64,000 nt of DNA from Minisyncoccota bacterium (GCA_035583355.1 DATEZQ010000001.1:75055-139054), one strand, 5' to 3'; positions 47,496 to 54,955 are shown, counted from the first letter of the stretch. Notes: generated by a model from the sequence alone, not told the origin. A program made the numbers and translations.

Positions 47496-49196
47496 ATGAT
47501 CAATCGTACTGATTCACTCGAAGGTGGTAATGAGACTCCGGCGCCAAAGCGTCGCATTATTCGACATATTGTAAGGCGAGTTCCAAAGCAGCAACCTGTT
47601 GCTGATGTTTTGCCGATGACTGCAGCTGATGCAGTTGCTGCACAGGTGCTTTCAAAGAATGCGCAGGCTGAGCAGAAAGAGCCAGAGGTAGTCTTGCCCT
47701 TGAGCCCCGTGCGTACACCAATGACGGGCCGCGTACTTGAGCCGAGTGAGGAGGCGCATGCATTACTATCTGCCGATGAAGATGAGAAGCCATTCCCGGT
47801 AATTGAGTATCCTGCAATGCCAACAATTGAGCCGAAGAATATGGTGCTCGAGCAGTTTGCTGCGCGCAAAGAGAAGAGTCGCGATGAGTTGAAAGCAGCG
47901 ACACCTACTGTTCCCGCTGCAACGGGCCGCAGTCCTATTGAAAGCATTTGGCCATATATTGCCGCTGCAAAACAGCATACAAGTGAGTCTCGCGATGAGC
48001 GTGAGGTTGAAATGCCAAGCGCAAATGATCGTCAGCGTTCTGAGAGTGTCTCAGAGTTTGAACCGGAGCATAACTATTTTGCTTGGATACCTTGGGTACT
48101 TGGACCTATTATCGTTATTGCGCTCATTATTGCGGGAGTGTCATACTTTTCGGGTGCAACAGTTGTGATCACGCCGAAGACTGCGCAAGCGGATCTCCTT
48201 GCAGATCTTTCTACGGTAAAGAATGGTGATCCAGTAAAGGAATATCCACTTTCTGTGCTCGCAATCGAAGATAAGGTATTTGTTGATGTTCCTGCTACAG
48301 AGTCAAAGACATCAGTGGCAACAGCATCAGGCAAGGTGACTTTGTTCAACAAGCAGACTGTTGCCCAGAAGCTCATTAAGACTACTCGTTTTGAAGCCAC
48401 AGATGGAAAGATTTACCGCATTCATGAGAATGTAACTATTCCTGCAGCAAAGGCAGGGAAGCCAGGTACTCTTGATGTTGTTGTTTATGCAGAATCATCT
48501 GGCCCAGACTATAATCGAAAGGGTCCAGCTGAATTTACGCTTCCTGGATTCAAGGGTAAGCCACAGTTCACTCAGGTAGGAGCAAATCTTACTGGCGAAA
48601 TTTCTGGTGGTTCAGCAGGTGTAAAGAAGTCTGTTCCAAATGATGTGCTTGATGAGGTTGCTCAGAAGCTTAGAATTGAGCTTGAGAATAAACTCCGCGC
48701 TCGTGCGACACAGGAAATACTTCCAACACAGATTGGATATGAAGCCTTGTATCAGTTTACCTATAAGGAACCTGTACTCGAGGCGTCAGATGCGCCTGAG
48801 AAGGCACGAGCAGTGCTCGCAGGTACACTTTCCGCACCAGTATTTGATCGCGCAATGCTTACTAAGGCACTAGCGAAACTGGCGCTTAAGGATTATGTAG
48901 ATGAGGACATTTCTCTTGCGCATATTGAGTTGCTTCCTATTAAGTATGTCGAGGGACAGAAGGTTGATCTCATGACCGATGAAAAGGTGACGTTCCATGT
49001 AGAGGGAAGTGCAAACTTCATTTGGAAGGTAGATACCGATACATTCACTCGTGCTTTGCTTAATGTTTCAAAGGATGATGTGAAGAAAGTGATGACGAGA
49101 TTCCCAAGCATTGATCATGTTGATGCGACATTGAGGCCTTTCTGGAAGCAGTACTTCCCGGGGAGTGTGAAGGATTTCGTGGTGACGGTGAAATAG
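47496..49196 (+). CDS. hypothetical membrane-anchored protein with disordered N-terminal region
   Basis: 566 aa; low-complexity N-terminus, single TM (WIPWVLGPIIVIALIIAGV), large extracytoplasmic domain; terminator hairpin at 49211-49240. Confidence 0.55.
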   Translation: MINRTDSLEGGNETPAPKRRIIRHIVRRVPKQQPVADVLPMTAADAVAAQVLSKNAQAEQKEPEVVLPLSPVRTPMTGRVLEPSEEAHALLSADEDEKPFPVIEYPAMPTIEPKNMVLEQFAARKEKSRDELKAATPTVPAATGRSPIESIWPYIAAAKQHTSESRDEREVEMPSANDRQRSESVSEFEPEHNYFAWIPWVLGPIIVIALIIAGVSYFSGATVVITPKTAQADLLADLSTVKNGDPVKEYPLSVLAIEDKVFVDVPATESKTSVATASGKVTLFNKQTVAQKLIKTTRFEATDGKIYRIHENVTIPAAKAGKPGTLDVVVYAESSGPDYNRKGPAEFTLPGFKGKPQFTQVGANLTGEISGGSAGVKKSVPNDVLDEVAQKLRIELENKLRARATQEILPTQIGYEALYQFTYKEPVLEASDAPEKARAVLAGTLSAPVFDRAMLTKALAKLALKDYVDEDISLAHIELLPIKYVEGQKVDLMTDEKVTFHVEGSANFIWKVDTDTFTRALLNVSKDDVKKVMTRFPSIDHVDATLRPFWKQYFPGSVKDFVVTVK

Positions 49197-49240
49197 GATA
49201 ATATAAATGCAAAAAGCGCCGAGCGGCGCTTTTTGGTTTT

Positions 49241-49539
49241 GATGCGAGGGGAGCCAAAAACCGTTCCGGTTTTTGACTCATTGAACGCTTCGCGTGCATG
49301 AATCAGAGTCGAGTTCCTCGCCCCTTCGTCTCTAAGTATTCTGCTCCAAGCATTCGCAGAATACTAAGAGCGAGTAGGGCCAGGGCTCACCGACCGTGCA
49401 CGCGGCTGGATTTCTCACGGCCCTAGCAAGGGCCGGACAAATCAGCGCCGGGTGACGGTGCCCGGCTCCGCCCTTCGAGTTCTCGAGGGGGTGGCAGCAC
49501 ATAGCAAAAAAGACGCTTTCGCGTCTTTTTTGTATGCTG
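49241..49539 (-). repeat. tRNA-3'-trailer structured repeat element, copy E2 (downstream of tRNA-Lys), candidate ncRNA
   Basis: Full-length copy, in order along the tRNA strand: terminator-like hairpin (49505-49532), inverted copy of the tRNA-Lys 3' end (49474-49491), GCCGGG..CCCGGC hairpin, GGATTT..AAATC hairpin, conserved core 49375-49413, CTAAG-flanked variable hairpin, distal AAAAACCG-TTC-CGGTTTTT hairpin. Confidence 0.6.
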
Positions 49540-49612
49540 TCCCCCCTCGAGGACTCGAACCTCGGACCGTCTCGTTAAGAGCGAGCTGCTCTACCAACTG
49601 AGCTAAGGAGGG
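49540..49612 (-). tRNA. tRNA-Lys (anticodon CTT), no encoded CCA
   Basis: Manual fold of the reverse complement: acceptor CCCTCCT/AGGGGGG, D-arm GCTC-AGTTGGTA-GAGC, anticodon loop CTCTTAA, T-arm CGAGG-TTCGAGT-CCTCG, discriminator A. Confidence 0.85.
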
Positions 49613-49620
49613 ATGGGGAT

Positions 49621-49648
49621 ATAGTACCAAATCTACAAAATATTGCAA
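49621..49648 (-). promoter_or_regulatory. putative promoter of tRNA-Lys (TTGCAA-16-TACTAT)
   Basis: On the minus strand ttgcaatattttgtagatttggtactat ends about 8 nt before the tRNA 5' end; preceded by the terminator of the upstream gene. Confidence 0.45.
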
Positions 49649-49716
49649 GTGTTTTACATAAAGAAAAAGGTGTACAACGCTGTGTTGTACACCTTTTGAG
49701 GTGGTCATGCGCGGCC

Positions 49717-50079
49717 TTATTCATCGAGGAATTCCTGCATCTTCCAGAGCTCGTCGCGCATGAGCGTGAGGATCTTGGGGTTCTCGATGCGGCCGTGGCC
49801 GTGGCGGTATTCACCGAGCTTGTCGGTGCAGATGTGCTCACCGGTGGTCTGATTCACGCGGTGCTTCTTCTTGACGAGGCACGAGCACTCATCCTTCTTT
49901 GGAATGAGGATTTCGACCGTAAAGGTCTCGGTCGGCTCACTCACATCGTCGGCGCGGGTGCGGGCGACATGGGTGACGAGGCCGACACGAAGCTTCTGGG
50001 TCTTGTGCTTTTTGGCAGCGTCGCGACTGAGCACGACGTTCATGCCGGCATTGATGGGGTCAAGAACGATGGGAAGCAT
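49717..50079 (-). CDS. small Cys/His-rich hypothetical protein (120 aa)
   Basis: Start at MLPIVLDP; contains CSC...HRV...HIC...HGHG cluster; own terminator (49670-49705). Confidence 0.5.
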   Translation of the reverse strand: MLPIVLDPINAGMNVVLSRDAAKKHKTQKLRVGLVTHVARTRADDVSEPTETFTVEILIPKKDECSCLVKKKHRVNQTTGEHICTDKLGEYRHGHGRIENPKILTLMRDELWKMQEFLDE

Positions 50080-50203
50080 GTGCACTCCTTTGATATGCGT
50101 GATTGAGGAACTGCTTGTCGCATAGTAACATACAGTATACAAATGTCAAGGAATGAAAAAGGCTCGCATTGTGCGAGCCTCGTTGGCCGGAGCCAGGGAA
50201 GTA

Positions 50204-50515
50204 CTAGTCCTGATCCTCAGGAAAGGTGATCTCCGAGAACATTCCCGTGGGGATGTTCTGGACATCATGGGTCGGCGTGGCACCGAACCGCTTGCTGCAC
50301 TCCTTGCACGTGGCCAGGCCATGGCGGTGATTGAAGCGGAGTTCTCCCTTGCAGGAGTCGCACTTCTTTTTGATCACAGGCTTGGCCATCGTGACGGTCG
50401 TGACGCCATCCCGATAGTGGGACTTCACGAAGCCGACGGAGCTCGAGAGCTTGAGCTTGGCGACGATCTCTTTCGAGAGGACGACCATGGTGCCGGGGGA
50501 GAGCTGAGAGTTCAT
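50204..50515 (-). CDS. small zinc-ribbon protein (103 aa)
   Basis: Start at MNSQLSPG; C-terminal CDSCKGELRF...CKECSKRF zinc-ribbon pattern. Confidence 0.5.
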   Translation of the reverse strand: MNSQLSPGTMVVLSKEIVAKLKLSSSVGFVKSHYRDGVTTVTMAKPVIKKKCDSCKGELRFNHRHGLATCKECSKRFGATPTHDVQNIPTGMFSEITFPEDQD

Positions 50516-50600
50516 CAGAACCCTTTCAAGGAAAATGGAACGGAACGTCCGATCCGTTGTTACAATAGCATGGATTAGGGTGGAAGTCAATAGGTGGGGA

Positions 50601-50900
50601 TACGATACGAGGGGAGCCGAAAAACCCTGCGGGTTTTTGACTCATGGAACGCTTCGCGCACAGGAATCGGAGTCGAGAGACTCGCCCCTTTGTCACTAAG
50701 TCTTTTGGCGTAGTAACGCCAAAACGACTAAGTGCAAGTAGGGCCAGGACTCGCCGACTGCGCGCACGGCTGGATTTACCACGAGCGAAGCTCGGGTAAA
50801 TCCGCGCCGGTGCGGCAGTAGCACCGGCTCCGTCCTTCGAGTCCCGCTCCGGGTCTCAGTGGTTAACAAAAAAGAGCTTACGCTCTTTTTTGAACCACTG
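50601..50900 (-). repeat. tRNA-3'-trailer structured repeat element, copy E3 (downstream of tRNA-Leu), candidate ncRNA
   Basis: Aligns with E2 over its whole length; hairpins at 50859-50900 (AAAAAAGAGC-TTAC-GCTCTTTTTT core), 50806-50827, 50768-50807, 50695-50731 (CTAAG-flanked), 50616-50640; inverted tRNA-Leu 3' end copy at 50836-50858; 30-nt block GACTCGCCGACTGCGCGCACGGCTGGATTT (50748-50777) identical in E4. Confidence 0.6.
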
Positions 50901-50983
50901 TGCCCGGGGCGGGACTCGAACCCGCACGCCCGTGAGAGCGGGAGATTTTAAGTCTCCTGCGGCTACCATTACGCCACCCGGAC
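50901..50983 (-). tRNA. tRNA-Leu (anticodon TAA), long variable arm, no encoded CCA
   Basis: Reverse complement GTCCGGGTGGCGTAATGGTAGCCGCAGGAGACTTAAAATCTCC-CGCTCTCACGGGCG-TGCGGGTTCGAGTCCCGCCCCGGGCA; anticodon loop CTTAAAA. Confidence 0.85.
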
Positions 50984-50992
50984 AGTGCTTCT

Positions 50993-51021
50993 ATCGTAAC
51001 CGAAAATGAGCAATATTGCAA
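50993..51021 (-). promoter_or_regulatory. putative promoter of tRNA-Leu (TTGCAA-17-TACGAT)
   Basis: Minus strand ttgcaatattgctcattttcggttacgat lies about 10 nt upstream of the tRNA 5' end and follows the P-loop gene terminator. Confidence 0.4.
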
Positions 51022-51053
51022 AGAAAAACCGCCCTGATGGGGCGGTATGATGC

Positions 51054-51632
51054 TTAGCAGACGGGATGTCCGAGGCGCATACGCACCGCTTCAATCACAG
51101 TCTGAATCGATGAATCTTCAAGGGGGTTACTAATGGTGAAATTGGCACGGCTACCAATGTCTGAGGTAAATTGTTCATTCAACGCTGAGTCTTCTTTGAG
51201 GAATTGTTCCCAAGTCATTGTATCCTCACCAGACTTCTCTTTTCTTTCAAGGAGGCGTTTGAAGCGCACTTCTTGGGGTGCGGTGACATAGATAATGAGG
51301 TTCTGCTTGAAGCTGCGCACTGCCTCCTCGTCGGTTAACCAGCGCACGCCATCTAGGAAAAGAATTTCCTCTGTCATATTCTTTGCACGCGCAACGAGTG
51401 CACGGGAAAGTGTTCCTTTCCCAAAGCCACTATCGAGAAGTTGTGCCATGACCTGAAGGTTTTCTCGAGACTCTGTGATGCCAAAAGTCTTAAGCCCTTC
51501 GGCGAGTATACTTGAAAATCGAAGTTCTTTGAATGAATGCGGAAAGATTGCGCTCCGAATGAGTCTCATGGCAGTGCTTTTGCCCGCACCGTTTTCCCCG
51601 ACGAATCCAACACAGATCGGTTCAGACATAGA
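51054..51632 (-). CDS. P-loop NTPase, nucleoside/nucleotide-kinase-like
   Basis: Walker A GFVGENGAGKST at the N-terminus (start MSEPICVG), FLDGVRW motif, about 190 aa as for small kinases. Confidence 0.6.
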   Translation of the reverse strand, partial: SMSEPICVGFVGENGAGKSTAMRLIRSAIFPHSFKELRFSSILAEGLKTFGITESRENLQVMAQLLDSGFGKGTLSRALVARAKNMTEEILFLDGVRWLTDEEAVRSFKQNLIIYVTAPQEVRFKRLLERKEKSGEDTMTWEQFLKEDSALNEQFTSDIGSRANFTISNPLEDSSIQTVIEAVRMRLGHPVC

Positions 51633-51717
51633 TGCTCCTGTAGAGTACTTCTTTATCCAATATAGCGTGAATGATGTATTTTGCAATGGAATGTGTGATA
51701 GTGGTATACTATTGTAT

Positions 51718-52077
51718 ATGGATAACACTGCAAATTTCATTTTCGGGATTGATGTGACGCGTAATGATATTACTCCGACCGAGGTTCGTGATGCGCTTAT
51801 TCCTTGCTTTGCTGCTGCTCATCGCATGGCGCTTTTGGAACAAGAGAAGCCTGGCAATCTTTCACCACGAGAGTTTGATGGAATGAGTCTCGCAAATGCG
51901 GAACTGGTAATCAAGAAATTCTTCTATGAGCTTGGTGCTGATTATGATCATCCGACAAAAAAGAATCTAGAGGATGTGATATTGAAACTAGCAGAGTATT
52001 CAAAGAATTTTAGAAGTGATGCGGTGATTAAGCAAAATAAGCAGGAGATGTGGAGGTTGATTGATAGGTTGAGTTAG
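51718..52077 (+). CDS. hypothetical protein (119 aa)
   Basis: Start at MDNTANFIFG with TATACT -10 upstream; divergent from the P-loop gene; no domain recognised. Confidence 0.45.
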   Translation: MDNTANFIFGIDVTRNDITPTEVRDALIPCFAAAHRMALLEQEKPGNLSPREFDGMSLANAELVIKKFFYELGADYDHPTKKNLEDVILKLAEYSKNFRSDAVIKQNKQEMWRLIDRLS

Positions 52078-52084
52078 AATACAG

Positions 52085-52387
52085 AATTACAATACAAGGG
52101 CACTCAAAAACCTTGGGGTTTTGAGTGAAGGAGCGCAAGAACGCGCGAAATCGGAGTTCGGGAATCGGTCACAAGTTTCTAAGTTTTCTTCTCCGCACTG
52201 CTCGAAGAAAACTAAGAACTCGCGACCCCGACTCGCCGACTGCGCGCACGGCTGGATTTATCACGGCTCAGAGAGCCGGATAAAATCAGCAGCCGGTGCG
52301 GCAGTAGCACCGGCTCCGTCTTTCGATTCCCGCCCGTGCTGAAAAATGAAACAATCCCAAAGCTTTCGCTTTGGGATTGTCATTTTG
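52085..52387 (-). repeat. tRNA-3'-trailer structured repeat element, copy E4 (downstream of tRNA-Cys), candidate ncRNA
   Basis: Same architecture as E2/E3: hairpin 52340-52386 (arms extend into the tRNA 3' end), inverted tRNA-Cys 3' copy 52322-52339, GCCGGTGC..GCACCGGC hairpin, GGATTTATC..GATAAAATC hairpin, core 52230-52259 identical to E3, CTAAG-flanked hairpin 52179-52216, distal hairpin CTCAAAACC-TTGG-GGTTTTGAG. Confidence 0.6.
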
Positions 52388-52459
52388 AGGCACGGGCGGG
52401 AATCGAACCCGCGCATGTCGGTTTTGCAGACCGAAGCGTTACCACTTCGCCACCGTGCC
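52388..52459 (-). tRNA. tRNA-Cys (anticodon GCA), no encoded CCA
   Basis: Reverse complement GGCACGG-TG-GCG-AAGTGGTAA-CGC-T-TCGGT-CTGCAAA-ACCGA-CATG-CGCGGGTTCGATTCCCGC-CCGTGCC-T; discriminator U as expected for Cys. Confidence 0.85.
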
Positions 52460-52514
52460 GTCCCGCTACTATAGCAGTTTTTAAGGAAAAAGCAAAAGAG
52501 GCCGAGGCCTCTTT

Positions 52515-52877
52515 TTACTTCTCTTCTGTAGTTAGTTCTTCTTCATCAAGGAGCTCCGTCACACGCTGTCTATTGTATTCACCTTCATCGATGAGAAAGC
52601 GTACATAAGGGATGACATGCAACTTTGCTCGCTTCTTCATGAAGTCGCGAAATTCTTCGCGACCACGGTTGAGGAAATCGAGTGCACCTTTTTCTGCAGT
52701 GCGAGGCATCACGGAGAGCATGATGTTTGCCTGCTTCAAGTCATTTGAAAGCATGATACGCGTCACTGTAAGGAGCGACTGCCTGTTGGTATGTCGTGCG
52801 ACATACTGTGCGGCAAGGTCCTTGATGACGTGTGCCATACGCTCATCCTTGATTTGGTAGATCTTGTCTTTTTCCAT
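52515..52877 (-). CDS. rbfA: ribosome-binding factor A
   Basis: About 120 aa KH-like RbfA pattern (SLLTVTRIMLSNDLKQANIMLSV), located immediately downstream of infB. Confidence 0.8.
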   Translation of the reverse strand: MEKDKIYQIKDERMAHVIKDLAAQYVARHTNRQSLLTVTRIMLSNDLKQANIMLSVMPRTAEKGALDFLNRGREEFRDFMKKRAKLHVIPYVRFLIDEGEYNRQRVTELLDEEELTTEEK

Positions 52878-54358
52878 TATTGTTTGCGTTCAATGATAAA
52901 TGGAACAAGAATATCGCGTTCTGCAATGGTCATGCGAGCCTCTACCATGAGACCACAGTCATTGCCTTCAAGTACTTCGGGAGATTTCATCTTTGATTGC
53001 TGGAGCTCGAGTACGCGGCCTTCACCAATCTCTACGCCACGGCGCATGATTGTAAAACGTGCATCACGAGTGATCTTTCCAGACTCAACTCGTCCTCCAA
53101 GAACCTGCTTATCCTTCTGCTCAGAGAAGAAGCGCAGTACCTTTAGTTCGCCAAGCTTTGTCTTGACCTCGACATGGGGAGCACGCTCCTTGATGAGGCC
53201 ATCGATGAACTCGGTGAGCTTGTAGATGATATTGAAATCGTGTGCAGGAACGTTATTGCGCAAGATGAGCTCAGCGGCAAGGGGATCGGTCTTAACGCCA
53301 AAAGCGATAATGACTGCACCTTCTGCGCCGACTGCGAGCTTTGCGTCGTTCTCACTGATATTTCCAACGCCCTTCGAGATGATACGGAGCTGGACTCGTT
53401 CATGGCTAAACTTCGCAAGTTCACCCTCGATTGCCTCGAGTGTTCCTGCAACATCCGTTCGGATGATAAGTGGAATGACCACGGTATCTTTGTTGCGATT
53501 TGCGGTGAATGTCTTACCTGCGGGTGCAACTGGAAGCGTTGCTGCTGCCTCGGCCTCTTTCTTCGTCATGACCATGGTGACCGTTGCGCCCACCTTTGGT
53601 ACGCTTGACCATCCTGTAATACGAATAGGTGAAGAGAACGTTGCACTGTCGATTGGCTTACCGAGATAGTTCTCGATTACGCGGAGGGGGACATATGAAC
53701 CTTCGCAGACTGCGAAGCCACCTTTCTTGATTGTTCCATTGAGGATAATGAGTGTTGCGGTTGCACCCTTCTTTGGATCCATACGTGACTCAATCACAAC
53801 AGCTTCGAGGGGAGCATCATACTCACCAGTAAGCCCTTCGAGCTCTGCGGTAAGGAGGAGGAGGTCGAGAAGTGCATCGACGCCAGTACCGCTCTTGGCA
53901 GAGATTGGTGCGAACGAAATATCGCCACCGTAACCTTCAACGAGAATGTCTGCTTCGGCAAGTGTCTGCTTTGTCTTCTCGATATTTGCATTCGGCTTAT
54001 CGATCTTATTTATCGCGACCACAAAAGGAATACCCGCTTCCTTGATGGCTTTGTATGCTTCGATTGTTTGTGCCTTCACTCCGTCCTCGGCAGAGACAAC
54101 GAGTACTGCGATATCAGCAACCTTTGCGCCACGAGCTCGCATTCCGGTAAACGCCTGGTGTCCAGGAGTGTCGAGGAAGGTGATGCGCTTGATCTCGCCA
54201 GTAGGAGTCTTGTGGTCAACCTCATATGCACTAATGTGCTGAGTGATGCCACCAGCTTCTGTAGCGACGATATTGGTATTGCGGATATAGTCAAGAAGAG
54301 TGGACTTTCCGTGGTCCACATGTCCCATGATGACGATGATTGGTGGTCTTTCAGACAT
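52877..54358 (-). CDS. infB: translation initiation factor IF-2 (short form: G domain + C-terminal domains only)
   Basis: G1 [14 protein letters not shown]3 DTPGHQAF, G4 NKID; 493 aa, lacking the long N-terminal region of E. coli-type IF-2. Confidence 0.95.
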   Translation of the reverse strand: MSERPPIIVIMGHVDHGKSTLLDYIRNTNIVATEAGGITQHISAYEVDHKTPTGEIKRITFLDTPGHQAFTGMRARGAKVADIAVLVVSAEDGVKAQTIEAYKAIKEAGIPFVVAINKIDKPNANIEKTKQTLAEADILVEGYGGDISFAPISAKSGTGVDALLDLLLLTAELEGLTGEYDAPLEAVVIESRMDPKKGATATLIILNGTIKKGGFAVCEGSYVPLRVIENYLGKPIDSATFSSPIRITGWSSVPKVGATVTMVMTKKEAEAAATLPVAPAGKTFTANRNKDTVVIPLIIRTDVAGTLEAIEGELAKFSHERVQLRIISKGVGNISENDAKLAVGAEGAVIIAFGVKTDPLAAELILRNNVPAHDFNIIYKLTEFIDGLIKERAPHVEVKTKLGELKVLRFFSEQKDKQVLGGRVESGKITRDARFTIMRRGVEIGEGRVLELQQSKMKSPEVLEGNDCGLMVEARMTIAERDILVPFIIERKQ

Positions 54359-54478
54359 AATAAAATTGCGAGTAGCGGGTAATTAACGTGCAGTGATATT
54401 ACCATATATATAACTATCTGTCGATGTTCGGAAACAAAAAAGAGCCCTTTGTTGGGGCTCTTTAGGCAAGAGGTGTGT

Positions 54479-54955
54479 TTACCAATACGCCGCGGGATTT
54501 CTCCAGTCGGGGTAAAAGGTATTCACCCAATTCAGAGCGAGCTCAATGGCCTTTGCGGCCATTTTCTTCCGCGAGGAAGGCAGTAGCGGGAAGGGGACAT
54601 GTTCGCTTTCAAAGGCGAGCTTGTTCCCATTGAAGACTTTGCCGACCGCGTAATCGTGATTGTCTATCGTGATGATATCGAAGGTCACGCAGAAGCGCTG
54701 GAAGAGCTGGACTGCTCCTTCTTCGGTCGGGTCAGCACCAACGCTGATGTTTCCGCGCAGGTTGCCGTCGCTATCAAAGATGACTTGCAAGCGAGGGCTA
54801 TCGCGGGAGATGGTCATAGTGTCGGGGACGATAATCTCGAAAAACCGATCGAGCTTCGAGCCGACGAATCTGACGCCCGCAGCTTCAAGGAGGGCTTTGC
54901 CTTCCTGGATGGTCATACCGACAAATCTGTTGGGAATGTAGTATTTTCCGCTCAA
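54479..54955 (-). CDS. hypothetical protein, possible PASTA-like N-terminal segment
   Basis: GMTIQEGKALLEAAGVRFVG resembles the PASTA-domain consensus; own terminator downstream (54427-54453), so probably not co-transcribed with infB. Confidence 0.45.
   Translation of the reverse strand: MSGKYYIPNRFVGMTIQEGKALLEAAGVRFVGSKLDRFFEIIVPDTMTISRDSPRLQVIFDSDGNLRGNISVGADPTEEGAVQLFQRFCVTFDIITIDNHDYAVGKVFNGNKLAFESEHVPFPLLPSSRKKMAAKAIELALNWVNTFYPDWRNPAAYW

Noticed and set aside
52121-52342. 73-aa ORF inside trailer element E4
   Set aside because: It is not conserved in frame in E2 or E3, since indels between copies break it. Nucleotide-level conservation with compensatory stem changes points to RNA or DNA structure, not coding sequence.
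49241-52387. Trailer elements as tmRNA, RNase P RNA, SRP RNA, 6S RNA, retron msr/msd or IscB/TnpB omega RNA
   Set aside because: The conserved RNase P P4 motifs (AGGAAAGUCCGG / ACAGAAcCCGGCUUA) are absent. There is no tmRNA tag reading frame or 5' GGGG..3' CCA pairing, and tmRNA, RNase P RNA, SRP RNA and 6S RNA are single-copy genes. No reverse transcriptase, IscB or TnpB gene is adjacent. The T-arm-like TTCGAGTCCC block is explained by the inverted copy of the neighbouring tRNA 3' end.
49241-52387. Trailer elements as MITEs or IS remnants
   Set aside because: They have no terminal inverted repeats of their own and no target-site duplications at E2-E4. The copies are about 70% identical with compensatory stem changes rather than near-identical. 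Placement is exclusively at tRNA 3' ends with a tRNA-specific mirrored arm. Mobility is still not fully excluded, and it is kept as a minor alternative in the findings.
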